A stretch of 64,000 nt of DNA from an uncultured Gammaproteobacteria bacterium. Lineage in GTDB: Bacteria; Patescibacteriota; Patescibacteriia; Magasanikbacterales; JBBTXJ01. Positions 55,810 to 64,000 of the stretch are shown here, piece by piece (position 1 is the first letter of the stretch; every line of letters starts with the position of its first letter). Location: NCBI GenBank assembly GCA_964636345.1, contig CAZWRL010000001.1, forward strand, positions 235 through 64,234, read 5' to 3'. Made by a program: the position numbers and the translations under genes. The notes beneath the pieces were generated by a model. It did no database searches. It was not told where the DNA came from and worked only from the letters and a program-made list of their open reading frames with translations.

Positions 55810-56897
55810 AGAAATCACGCTTACTTTTTGTTTTTCGTTTCAATTATTTACAGGCGGTGTTGCCGCACTATAAAACACCCGGCCGCGCGCCGCTTGATTT
55901 TTTGTATGGCATGCAGGCGATTGATGAGAGCCGGTTTGATGTGGCGTACGTGAACGCGCCGCAGGGGCCGCGTACGGAATTTATGTCACGTCTCTTTTTC
56001 CAGATTGAAAAATTTTTTTCAAAACTCACTAAACTCGGTTGGCCGCTTGAGATTTTCTTTTTGTTCCGTCGTGAATTACGGTCAGCGCCGCATATTTTTT
56101 GCGTCAATGACCCTATCGGTTTTGCCGTTCTTTTCTGGAAACGCCTCGGCATGATTCCCGGCAACGTGTATATTATTGCGCAAAGCGCTCATGAGCGCTG
56201 TCGCGAGCATTTTAGAATCGCGTGGTTCACCCGTCGTTTGGTGGGATGGCTGCTCCGCGCGGCACGGGGCGTGTTTGTGCTTGCGCCATCGGCACGGCAA
56301 TCAATGACGGATTATTTTCAGGTACCGTCTTCGCGCGTACACGAGTTTGTCTTTGGCGGCGATGCTGATTTTTGGACACCCAGCGACGCGGCACGTGAAC
56401 CGTTTGTGCTTTCAATCGGCAATGATTTTAATCGCGATTATCAGACACTCGTCCGCGCCGTGCCGGATGATGAATCACTCACCATTATTACCACAAAACC
56501 GGTAGAAAAAAATGGCAAAGATATTACCCTGGTGCAAGGGTTGTCCAACGAAACCGTGCGTGATTATTATCGCCGTGCCGCGGTAGTGGTCATTCCGAGC
56601 GTGCCGCTCGTGTATGAATCATCAGGGTTATCATCTGCGTTGCAAGCGGTGTTATGCGGCGCGCCGCTCATTATGTCTGATGCGCCGACTATGCGAGATG
56701 TGTTTACGGAAAAGGAACATTGTCTTTTTTACGAAGCCGGCAATCCGGACGCGCTGCGCAAGGTACTCGCGTATGCCAAAAAGCATCCGGAAGATATGCG
56801 CGTTATGGCCGACCGCGCGCGCGCTCATGTGCTTGCGTGCCGCACGCCGCGCCATGCCGCAGAAAGTTTAGAACGGGTCATATATGCAAACACCTAA
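55806..56897 (+). CDS. GT4 (GT-B fold) glycosyltransferase
   Basis: C-terminal GT-B donor-binding region; ATGA start/stop overlap with asnB. Confidence 0.55.
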   Translation: MKKSRLLFVFRFNYLQAVLPHYKTPGRAPLDFLYGMQAIDESRFDVAYVNAPQGPRTEFMSRLFFQIEKFFSKLTKLGWPLEIFFLFRRELRSAPHIFCVNDPIGFAVLFWKRLGMIPGNVYIIAQSAHERCREHFRIAWFTRRLVGWLLRAARGVFVLAPSARQSMTDYFQVPSSRVHEFVFGGDADFWTPSDAAREPFVLSIGNDFNRDYQTLVRAVPDDESLTIITTKPVEKNGKDITLVQGLSNETVRDYYRRAAVVVIPSVPLVYESSGLSSALQAVLCGAPLIMSDAPTMRDVFTEKEHCLFYEAGNPDALRKVLAYAKKHPEDMRVMADRARAHVLACRTPRHAAESLERVIYANT

Positions 56898-58452
56898 TCG
56901 TGTTCAACTGAAAAAATGGGGAGGCGCGTTGCTTTTTTGGGGCATCGTTGCCTTGTTGCTGTGTGTCGGCGTACGCGAGCGATCATTTTGGACGGACGAA
57001 TGGTACGCGTTTAAATATTTTGATCGTTCATTCTTTGAATTTCTGAAAGCATACTGGCAGAACCCGGATAATCATCCGCCCGGGTATTATCTGATACTCC
57101 TCGCGTTCATAAAATTATTGGGACGCCATGATTTTGTGGTGCGGTTGCCGTCGCTTCTTGCCGGCTTTGGCGCGCTTATTATGACGTGGCGTATTGCGCG
57201 GTTGATTGCCGGCAGGGATGAGCGTTGGCCGTATTTCGCCGTGCTTCTCGCCGCCACATCGCCGTATCTTATTATTTTGTCACAAACGGCGCGATACTTT
57301 TCACTCGCCGCTTTTTTTGCGCTTTTTGCGATATACACGGTGTTGAAAATTATAACAGGCGGAGAACGGACGTGGTTTTTTGGGTACGCAATCGCGCTTG
57401 TTTTGATTGGCTACGTTGATTACACAACTTTTTTGTATGTGAGTGCGGGGAGTACGCTGGTGATTCTGTTTACGGCATGGCGCGCCAAGAGCAAGCAACT
57501 ACTCATGTACTGGTTGCTTGCGGTGGCCTCTGCGGCGCTGCTCCTTGTGCCGCTTCTTGGAATTGCGCTTGCCAAGGCACAAGCGGAAGCGGCGTATGGC
57601 GGTGATGTATTAACAAGTGGCCCACTTGCGTGGCTCCTTCGTATTGGTATCTACGGATACGCCGCGCTGTATGGTTTTGTGGCATTTCCGTGGGATCTTG
57701 AAGTAACCATTCCGCTTGCGCTTGCGTTTCTGCTTTTGATTATTGTTTGTTTTAGAGATCGCGCAGCGCGCGGGCATTTCTGGCGGAGACCCGAAATAGT
57801 GGTCATCACGGTGATGGGCGTGCTTGCCCTTGTTTTCAATACCGCACTTTTTTCATTTTTGCCGCGTTACACGCCGCTTGCGTATCCGCGGTATGTGAGT
57901 TTTGCGCTGTATCTTTTCTTTCTTCTTTTGGCGGCGCTGGTGTGGTGGATCACGGACAAACGGCGCGGTATTCGTTTGGTGATTATCGTGTTGTTGCTCG
58001 CTACCCCCGCGTGGTCGCTCTTTGATACATTCGGCGTGACTTCTGCGGATCCAACGCTGTTTTCGATGGATAGAAATTTGTATCGCGCCGTGGAGCAGGG
58101 TGATTACATAATGATTAATGATGATTTTCCGCGTGTGATATTTGATTGGTATCGTGAAAAATATTTTGCCAACGTGACACCGCTTGAAACGCCGCCGAAT
58201 CAATCATTTTTTGAGAGCGGGAAGCGGCTCTGGGTGATTGGCTATGGATATGATGATCGCGATGGGTTCCGCGCGCCACGACAAAAAGCGGAGGATATTA
58301 CCGAGCCGCTTGGGGACGCGGTACGGGTTATTGAAAAGGGTTACGGGCCATCCATTGATTCAGAGCTTCGCGCGTTCAAAAAACGGCTCACCGGTCATGA
58401 TACCTACGAACACAAAATTGGGTTATTTTTAATCACGGCGGCGGACAAGTAA
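56884..58452 (+). CDS. GT-C membrane glycosyltransferase (ArnT/PMT_2-like)
   Basis: ~12 TM helices; PMT_2-like N-terminus (TDEWYAF...HPPGYYLILLAF). Confidence 0.5.
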   Translation: MQTPNRVQLKKWGGALLFWGIVALLLCVGVRERSFWTDEWYAFKYFDRSFFEFLKAYWQNPDNHPPGYYLILLAFIKLLGRHDFVVRLPSLLAGFGALIMTWRIARLIAGRDERWPYFAVLLAATSPYLIILSQTARYFSLAAFFALFAIYTVLKIITGGERTWFFGYAIALVLIGYVDYTTFLYVSAGSTLVILFTAWRAKSKQLLMYWLLAVASAALLLVPLLGIALAKAQAEAAYGGDVLTSGPLAWLLRIGIYGYAALYGFVAFPWDLEVTIPLALAFLLLIIVCFRDRAARGHFWRRPEIVVITVMGVLALVFNTALFSFLPRYTPLAYPRYVSFALYLFFLLLAALVWWITDKRRGIRLVIIVLLLATPAWSLFDTFGVTSADPTLFSMDRNLYRAVEQGDYIMINDDFPRVIFDWYREKYFANVTPLETPPNQSFFESGKRLWVIGYGYDDRDGFRAPRQKAEDITEPLGDAVRVIEKGYGPSIDSELRAFKKRLTGHDTYEHKIGLFLITAADK

Positions 58453-59321
58453 TGTATCGTATGTTCACCTGCGTTGTATGTCATGGCACTGCCCATAGTG
58501 CGTATCACGCCAAGAAAAATTTTGATATTTTTGTGTGTGATGACTGCGACACGCTCCGCATACATCCCCTGCCCACCAAAGAGCAGTTAGACCGCGCGTA
58601 TGGCGCGGGATATTTTATGGGCGACGCCACCTGCGATGGGTACATGGATTATGAGTTTGAAAAGGAAGTGACACGGCGGACATTTGAGGAACATCTTGAT
58701 GATATTGAGGCATATCAAGCGCCCGGTGAGTTATTTGAGGTGGGCGCGGCGACCGGTTATTTTTTGTCACTCGCGCGCGAGCGCGGATGGCGTGTTGCTG
58801 GCGTTGATTATTCATCCTACGCGGCGGCGCGGGCGCAAGAAAAGGGCATTCCGGTTGCGGCGGGCGGAGTGCAAGCGCTTGCAGAGAGCGAGAACCGGTA
58901 TGATGTGATCGCGCTTTTTGACGTGATTGAACACCTTTTGTACCCAGAAGAAGAACTGGCGCAGATGGTGCGCGCGCTCAAACCCGGCGGGCTCTTGGTG
59001 TTTGCAACTCCGGATCGTTCAAGCGTATTTGCCCGCTTGACAGGCAGGTTTTGGCATGCCATTGTTCCTCCACAGCATGTGTTTTTATTTGGATCAAAAA
59101 CGATTGATCAATTGTTGCGGCGGCACGGCCTTACGGTACTTGAAAAATCGCGTCCGGGCAAATGGTTCACCGTGCAATATCTGTTTCGCGCGCTGTATAC
59201 GTGGCTTGGCTTTCGTTTTTTATACACGTTTGCTGAACGTGTCGCCCACACCCGTTTTGGCCGTTTCGCATTCCCGCTTAATGTGCGCGATACGATGTTC
59301 GTGATTGCGCGAAAAGTATGA
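58452..59321 (+). CDS. Class I SAM-dependent methyltransferase with an N-terminal Cys4 zinc ribbon
   Basis: CVVCHG...CDDCDT, then motif I LFEVGAATGYF. Confidence 0.6.
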   Translation: MYRMFTCVVCHGTAHSAYHAKKNFDIFVCDDCDTLRIHPLPTKEQLDRAYGAGYFMGDATCDGYMDYEFEKEVTRRTFEEHLDDIEAYQAPGELFEVGAATGYFLSLARERGWRVAGVDYSSYAAARAQEKGIPVAAGGVQALAESENRYDVIALFDVIEHLLYPEEELAQMVRALKPGGLLVFATPDRSSVFARLTGRFWHAIVPPQHVFLFGSKTIDQLLRRHGLTVLEKSRPGKWFTVQYLFRALYTWLGFRFLYTFAERVAHTRFGRFAFPLNVRDTMFVIARKV

Positions 59322-60427
59322 TTGTCCTCAACATCAACAAATTGTACGCGCCCGCCATTGGCGGTGTTGAAACCGTGGTGCAACAACTGGCGGAGGGTTT
59401 TATGTTGCAGGGTCATTCGCGGGTGCTGGTGGTGCGCGATGGTTTTGGTTTTGGCGCGACTGAACAAAAGAACGGCGTTATCGTGCGACGCGCGGGGAGT
59501 GTGGGGCGTGTGCGTTCTATGCCGGTTTCGTTTTCTTTCATCTATTGGCTTTGGAAAGAAAGTAAAACCGCGGACGTGTTGCATGTTCACTATCCCTTTC
59601 CGCTTGCCGCGTTTGCGTTGTGGCTTGCGCGACCCAAAAAGCCGCTCATCATTACGTGGCATAGTTCCGTGGTGCGCCAGCGGTTGTTGAATTTTTTTGT
59701 ACAGCCGTTTGTGCGTTGGACACTCGCGCGCGCGGAAAAAATTGTGGTGACGTTTCCAAACGCGGTATCGTATTTTAAGGAACTCGCGCCGTTCCGTGAA
59801 AAATGTGTCGTGGTGCCCCTCGGCATTGATCTGACAAAAGCGCAGTCGGAAACACCGAATGTTGTATTTCCGGATCGCGAGTGTCCAACATTCGTCTTTG
59901 TGGGGCGTTTTATTTATTACAAAGGATTGCCGGAACTGGTGACTGCGTTTGCCGCTGTGCCACGCGGCACCTTGTATTTAGTGGGCGATGGTCCCATGCG
60001 GCGTAAAATTGCACGTCTCATTGCATGCAAAGGTCTTTCCGCGCGCGTAAAAATTATTGCAACGCGTGATGACAAGACACTTCGTTTTTATCTTGGCGCG
60101 GCTGATGTGGTTGTTTTCCCGTCAACGCAACCATCGGAAGTGTTTGGGTTGGTTCAACTTGAGGCAATGGCGACCGGCAAACCCATTATCAATACCGCGC
60201 TTCCAACCGGCGTGCCGTGGGTTGCGCGCCATGAGCAGGAGGCGCTCACGGTGCCGCCGGGTGATGTGTCGGCGCTCGCACGTGCCGTGGAACTGCTTGG
60301 AAATGACGCGGCGCTGCGCGCTCGTTTAGGGCAGGCGGGCAGGGAACGGGTAGCGCAGGAATTCACGCTTGCCAACATGCGGGCCGCGTATTATGATCTC
60401 TACCACTATGTCAGCTCTCAAAGATAA
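59318..60427 (+). CDS. GT4 (GT-B fold) glycosyltransferase
   Basis: EVFGLVQLEAMATGKPII (E-x7-E motif). Confidence 0.7.
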   Translation: MIVLNINKLYAPAIGGVETVVQQLAEGFMLQGHSRVLVVRDGFGFGATEQKNGVIVRRAGSVGRVRSMPVSFSFIYWLWKESKTADVLHVHYPFPLAAFALWLARPKKPLIITWHSSVVRQRLLNFFVQPFVRWTLARAEKIVVTFPNAVSYFKELAPFREKCVVVPLGIDLTKAQSETPNVVFPDRECPTFVFVGRFIYYKGLPELVTAFAAVPRGTLYLVGDGPMRRKIARLIACKGLSARVKIIATRDDKTLRFYLGAADVVVFPSTQPSEVFGLVQLEAMATGKPIINTALPTGVPWVARHEQEALTVPPGDVSALARAVELLGNDAALRARLGQAGRERVAQEFTLANMRAAYYDLYHYVSSQR

Positions 60428-61217
60428 ACGCGTGGGTGTGATGGGCGCCGGCATGGTTGGCGGCGCGCTCATCAAGTATTTTGAAAAGAAAAAATGTAAT
60501 TTTGTCATCTACGATCCGCCAAAGGGTTTTGCGGATGCGGGCGCGTTGAATACCGCGGAGGTGGTTTTTGTGTGTGTTCCAACGCCGTTTGATGAGCGAT
60601 TAGGGTTTGATTTGAGTTACGTGCGGCAGGCGCTCTCCACGCTGACGGGTGAAAAAATTGTCGTGCTCAAATCAACGGTGGTTCCGGGCACCACCGCGCG
60701 ATTGCAAAAGGAATTTCCACAGCATCGCCTGTGTTACAATCCGGAATTTTTGACCGAAGTGACGGCTGATCAAGATTTCGCGTTTCCGGATAGGCAAATT
60801 TTAGGATACACGGAGCGGAGTTTTGGCATCGCGAAAGATATTATTTTGCTCATGCCGCAGGCGCCGTTTGAGCGCATCGTTCCGTCCACGGCGGCGGAAA
60901 TGATTAAGTATTTTGGCAATACGTGGTTTTCCACCAAAGTGGTGTTCGCAAACCAGATGTACGATTTGTGTCAAAAACTCGGTGTGGAGTATGACACGGT
61001 GAAAGACGCGGTGGCGGCGGATAAACGCATCGGGCCGACGCATTTGGAGATATTGCATGACGGCTATCGCGGGTACGGCGGCAAGTGTTTGCCAAAAGAT
61101 ACCCGCGCGCTCATTCAGTTGGGAGATACGCTGGGCGCGGAGTTGGAGCTTTTGAAAATGGTGGAGTATATTAATAATCAGTTGGTTAAGCAATCAGAAT
61201 TAGATCGTGATCGTTAA
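60408..61217 (+). CDS. Short UDP-glucose/GDP-mannose dehydrogenase-family protein (~270 aa; appears to lack the C-terminal UDP-binding domain)
   Basis: VGVMGAGMVGG Rossmann motif and GGKCLPKD catalytic Cys. Confidence 0.5.
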   Translation: MSALKDKRVGVMGAGMVGGALIKYFEKKKCNFVIYDPPKGFADAGALNTAEVVFVCVPTPFDERLGFDLSYVRQALSTLTGEKIVVLKSTVVPGTTARLQKEFPQHRLCYNPEFLTEVTADQDFAFPDRQILGYTERSFGIAKDIILLMPQAPFERIVPSTAAEMIKYFGNTWFSTKVVFANQMYDLCQKLGVEYDTVKDAVAADKRIGPTHLEILHDGYRGYGGKCLPKDTRALIQLGDTLGAELELLKMVEYINNQLVKQSELDRDR

Positions 61218-61219
61218 AT

Positions 61220-62128
61220 ATGCGCTATCTCGTCACCGGCGGGGCCGGATTTATTGGAACGAATATCGTGGAAGCGCTTTTGGCGCGCAATGATAGTGTT
61301 TGTATTCTTGATGATTTTTCAACCGGCAAACGCGAACGTGTGCCGGTTGTGGCGGAATTGATTGAAGGCACCATCACAAATCTTGAAACATGTCGGCGCG
61401 CCTGCGCGGGAGTTGATGGCGTATTTCATACCGCCGCTCTCGCTCGCATGCCGCGCTCCATTGAAGACCCCATCGGCACCAATGACGCCAACGTGAACGG
61501 CACGCTCAATATGCTCGTTGCCGCGCGCGATGCCGGCGTGAAGCGGTTTGTGTTTAGCGGTTCGTCATCCGTGTACGGCGTGCAAGACACCCTGCCTCTG
61601 AAAGAAGACATGAAGCCGCGACCGGGCAATCCGTACGCGCTCCAGAAACTCGCGGGAGAAGAGTATTGCCGGCTCTTTTGGGAGTTGTTTCAATTTCCAA
61701 CCGTGACGTTGCGGTATTTCAATGTGTACGGCGGCAAGTATCAGACCACGGATGGCGCGTACGCGCTCGTGTTCGGGATTTTTATCAGGCAGAAACGCGC
61801 CGGTGAACCATTAACACTTTGTGGCGACGGTGAATATCGCCGAGATTTTACTCATGTTGACGATGTCGTCCGCGCGAATCTTTTGGCAATGGACGGCGCG
61901 ACGGTTGGCCACGGCGAGATTATCAATATCGGAGCGGGGGATAACCACACCGTTAAAGCGTTGGCCGCGCTGGTAGGCGGGGAGACAGTGTTTATTCCGC
62001 CGCGTCCGGGCGATGCGCGGGATTCATTGGCTGATCGCGCACGCGCCAAAGAGCTTTTGGGCTGGGAGCCGATGGTTCCCTTTGAAGACGGCGTGCGCGG
62101 GACGCTCACCTTCATGGGTCTTGCGTGA
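61220..62128 (+). CDS. NAD-dependent epimerase/dehydratase (extended SDR; UDP-sugar epimerase/decarboxylase-like)
   Basis: YLVTGGAGFIGTNIV; YALQK motif. Confidence 0.7.
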   Translation: MRYLVTGGAGFIGTNIVEALLARNDSVCILDDFSTGKRERVPVVAELIEGTITNLETCRRACAGVDGVFHTAALARMPRSIEDPIGTNDANVNGTLNMLVAARDAGVKRFVFSGSSSVYGVQDTLPLKEDMKPRPGNPYALQKLAGEEYCRLFWELFQFPTVTLRYFNVYGGKYQTTDGAYALVFGIFIRQKRAGEPLTLCGDGEYRRDFTHVDDVVRANLLAMDGATVGHGEIINIGAGDNHTVKALAALVGGETVFIPPRPGDARDSLADRARAKELLGWEPMVPFEDGVRGTLTFMGLA

Positions 62129-62150
62129 CGCAACGAAATATACCGTGTTT

Positions 62151-62846
62151 TTACCGTAACCGCCACCCAATGCGGAGGGCTTCCAGAATCATTTTTTTTG
62201 AGAATTTTGAGTAGCCGTTGTAGCGGTCGCGGAAGATGATCGGGATTTCAGCAAAACGGGCTCCGGCGCGATGAGCATGATGCTTCATTTCAATTTGAAA
62301 ACCATAGCCGTCGGATTGGATCGCGTGAAAGGGGATGTGTTCCAGCACGTGCCGGCGGTACCCCACAAAACCACCCGTGATGTCGAGGATTGGGAGACGG
62401 GTCAGCGTGCGGGCATAGGTATTGGCGGCGCGGGAGATCAGTTTTCGGTGCCAGGAAAAGTTAGAAATGTCACCACCCGGCACATAGCGGGAGCCGATGA
62501 CGACATCGTTATCCAAGAGCGCGCTCATGAGCGCGGGAAGATACTGCGGGTGGTGCGAAAGATCCGCATCCATTTCAAAGACGGCTTCAGTTGCCGGATC
62601 AGCAAGCGCTACTTTGAATCCCTCAATGTATGATTGCGCAAAACTGCGTGGATTGGTGCGGCGAATAACGGCTACGCGCGGATGAACACTAAAAGTGTTC
62701 ATGACGATATCCGCGGTGCCATCTGGCGACTGGTCATCAACAATGAGCAGGCGAACGTCTTCCGGCGCATGACGAAAAATTTCTTCAATGGTTCCGAGAA
62801 TTGATTCCGCTTCGTTGTAAGTTGGTATGACGATGGTTGTTTTCAT
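62151..62846 (-). CDS. GT2 polyprenol-phosphate glycosyltransferase (DPM1-like)
   Basis: TIVIPTYNEAESI...LLIVDDQSPDGT...EMDADLSH. Confidence 0.7.
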   Translation of the reverse strand: MKTTIVIPTYNEAESILGTIEEIFRHAPEDVRLLIVDDQSPDGTADIVMNTFSVHPRVAVIRRTNPRSFAQSYIEGFKVALADPATEAVFEMDADLSHHPQYLPALMSALLDNDVVIGSRYVPGGDISNFSWHRKLISRAANTYARTLTRLPILDITGGFVGYRRHVLEHIPFHAIQSDGYGFQIEMKHHAHRAGARFAEIPIIFRDRYNGYSKFSKKMILEALRIGWRLR

Positions 62847-64000
62847 CTTCCCATTGCTTTAACAATAATATGTAGGGTCTTGAGGACAATCACGAGGTCA
62901 AGCAGGAGCGAACGGTGTTTCATGTAAAAGAGATCATACTCAAGTTTTACCAAACTTTCGTCAAGCGTTGCGCCGTATCGGTAACTGATCTGTGCCCAGC
63001 CGGTGATGCCCGGCCGTAACAAGTGACGGATGCTGTAAAACGGCGCGCGTTCTTGTAGTTGCTCAACAAACTCCGGGCGTTCCGGCCGCGGACCAATAAG
63101 ATTCATGTCGCGGCGCAAGATATTCCACACCTGCGGCAATTCATCAATACGGAAACGGCGGAGCCATTTACCGATGCGCGTGACGCGTCGGTCATTCACC
63201 TGGGTAAATTGCGCGCCGCTGGTTTCTGCCAGGCCGCTCTTATTTTGTACGTACATGGTGCGGAGTTTCACAATGGGGAATATCTTATTATTGTATCCCA
63301 CGCGTGTTTGTTTGATGAAAACCGGCCGGCCGGATTCTATGATAATCGCGAGCGCCACAAAGGGGAAGAGCGCGAGAAAAACGATCCCCAAGAGCAGTGC
63401 GATGAGAATGTCAAAGATGGTGCGCGCGGCATCGTAATACTGTTTGCGACTTTCGCGGAGATTCTGTACAAACCACGCTTCGGTTAACATGTCGCGGTTC
63501 ACGCGGCCGGTGACCGCCTCATAAAATGACGCGAGATCCGCCATTTCCACGCGCCAAAACAGGAGTTCGTATAATTCTTTTTCCAGTTCCAGGGTGCGCA
63601 TGAGCGCGGGCGAGATCACCACCATGTGTATTTCTTTAATATCAACGACCGCGCGAATGCGCAGTGGGTCAGTGAAACATTCCACCATTGCTTGTATATT
63701 TTTTGGGATGTTGTCATGGTTCGGATCAACAATCGCGGCCGTGGTGAAGCCAATCTGCGGATCATTCGCGAAGATGGTGACCAATTCTTCTAAACGCGGA
63801 TGATAGCCAAGAAACAGAATACTGCGGCGCAAGAGCGCGGGTCCCAAGAGCCAGTTAAAGAGCGCGCGCCAGAGCGAGACCAAGACGGTGGCAAGGAGCA
63901 CCACCAGAATAAGATTGGTTTTAGGCGTGATGCGAAACGCGGGAATAAAATAAAAAAAGGCCAGTCCGAGGAAAAAATTGACCAGGAAACTCAACGAGAT
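62843..64000 (-). CDS. Initiating polyprenyl-phosphate sugar-phosphate transferase (WbaP/PglC 'bacterial sugar transferase' family); N-terminus lies beyond the window
   Basis: C-terminal catalytic domain (RPVFIKQTRVGYNNKIFPIVKLRTM...DELPQVWNILRRDMNLIGPRPERPEF); the ORF runs off the window end. Confidence 0.7.
   Translation of the reverse strand: MSLSFLVNFFLGLAFFYFIPAFRITPKTNLILVVLLATVLVSLWRALFNWLLGPALLRRSILFLGYHPRLEELVTIFANDPQIGFTTAAIVDPNHDNIPKNIQAMVECFTDPLRIRAVVDIKEIHMVVISPALMRTLELEKELYELLFWRVEMADLASFYEAVTGRVNRDMLTEAWFVQNLRESRKQYYDAARTIFDILIALLLGIVFLALFPFVALAIIIESGRPVFIKQTRVGYNNKIFPIVKLRTMYVQNKSGLAETSGAQFTQVNDRRVTRIGKWLRRFRIDELPQVWNILRRDMNLIGPRPERPEFVEQLQERAPFYSIRHLLRPGITGWAQISYRYGATLDESLVKLEYDLFYMKHRSLLLDLVIVLKTLHIIVKAMGR

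Noticed and set aside
1-64000. Search for CRISPR arrays, rRNA, integrases or transposases
   Set aside because: No short regularly spaced direct repeats, no rRNA-like conserved stretches, and no DDE or tyrosine-recombinase motifs seen in any six-frame ORF. None are reported.

Overview
The window reads as a compact bacterial chromosome segment with short intergenic spaces. TAA, TAG and TGA all terminate well-supported genes, so the standard code 11 applies. The gene content (many small lipoproteins, a VirB6/VirB3/VirB4-like cluster followed by ComFC, PMT/ArnT-like GT-C glycosyltransferases, and sparse core metabolism) is compatible with a Patescibacteria/CPR-like organism; that placement is an inference.

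Layout:
- 1-4.4 kb: three paralogous lipoprotein genes with Ca-binding Asp-rich repeats. Their 5' ends are near-identical and their 3' ends diverge. A HEPN/nucleotidyltransferase toxin-antitoxin pair and a promoterless duplicated 3' gene fragment sit among them.
- 4.5-9.2 kb: two Nudix hydrolases, GlpX-like FBPase, an EEP-family nuclease/phosphatase and a YvcK/CofD-like protein.
- 9.2-18.4 kb: a GC-rich lipoprotein with a near-consensus promoter, then a type-IV-secretion-like/DNA-uptake-like cluster. It comprises a VirB6/TrbL-like giant membrane protein, an unknown 434-aa protein, a PrgI/VirB3-like protein, a VirB4 ATPase interrupted by one in-frame TAA, a bitopic membrane protein and ComFC.
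- 18.4-25.8 kb: M14-like peptidase, PurD-like ATP-grasp enzyme, TypA/BipA, two tRNA-Ser genes, a DEDDh exonuclease, a LemA-TPM pair and a SpoU methyltransferase.
- 25.8-29.5 kb: a GC-rich class III nucleotidyl cyclase with a ~500-aa unknown N-terminal domain, a polytopic membrane protein and a standalone cNMP-binding protein. This is a candidate cyclic-nucleotide signalling or defence module.
- 29.5-32.5 kb: a lipoprotein with two tandem ~35-aa repeats, Hsp20 and a VanW-like protein.
- 32.5-64 kb: a promoter-driven, terminator-ended ~185-nt structured RNA candidate, then a ~31-kb surface-glycan biosynthesis locus. The locus holds three GT-C membrane transferases, GT2 and GT4 enzymes, a Wzx flippase, a WbaP-like initiating transferase, a ColD/E1-like sugar 3-dehydratase with a TPP-dependent enzyme, UDP-sugar dehydrogenases (one fused to a methyltransferase), AsnB, methyltransferases and a 2OG oxygenase.

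No CRISPR array, rRNA or obvious transposase was seen. Coordinates that I counted by hand inside sequence lines (promoters, terminators, tRNAs) may be off by one or two bases; refined start codons are offsets from the provided ORF track.
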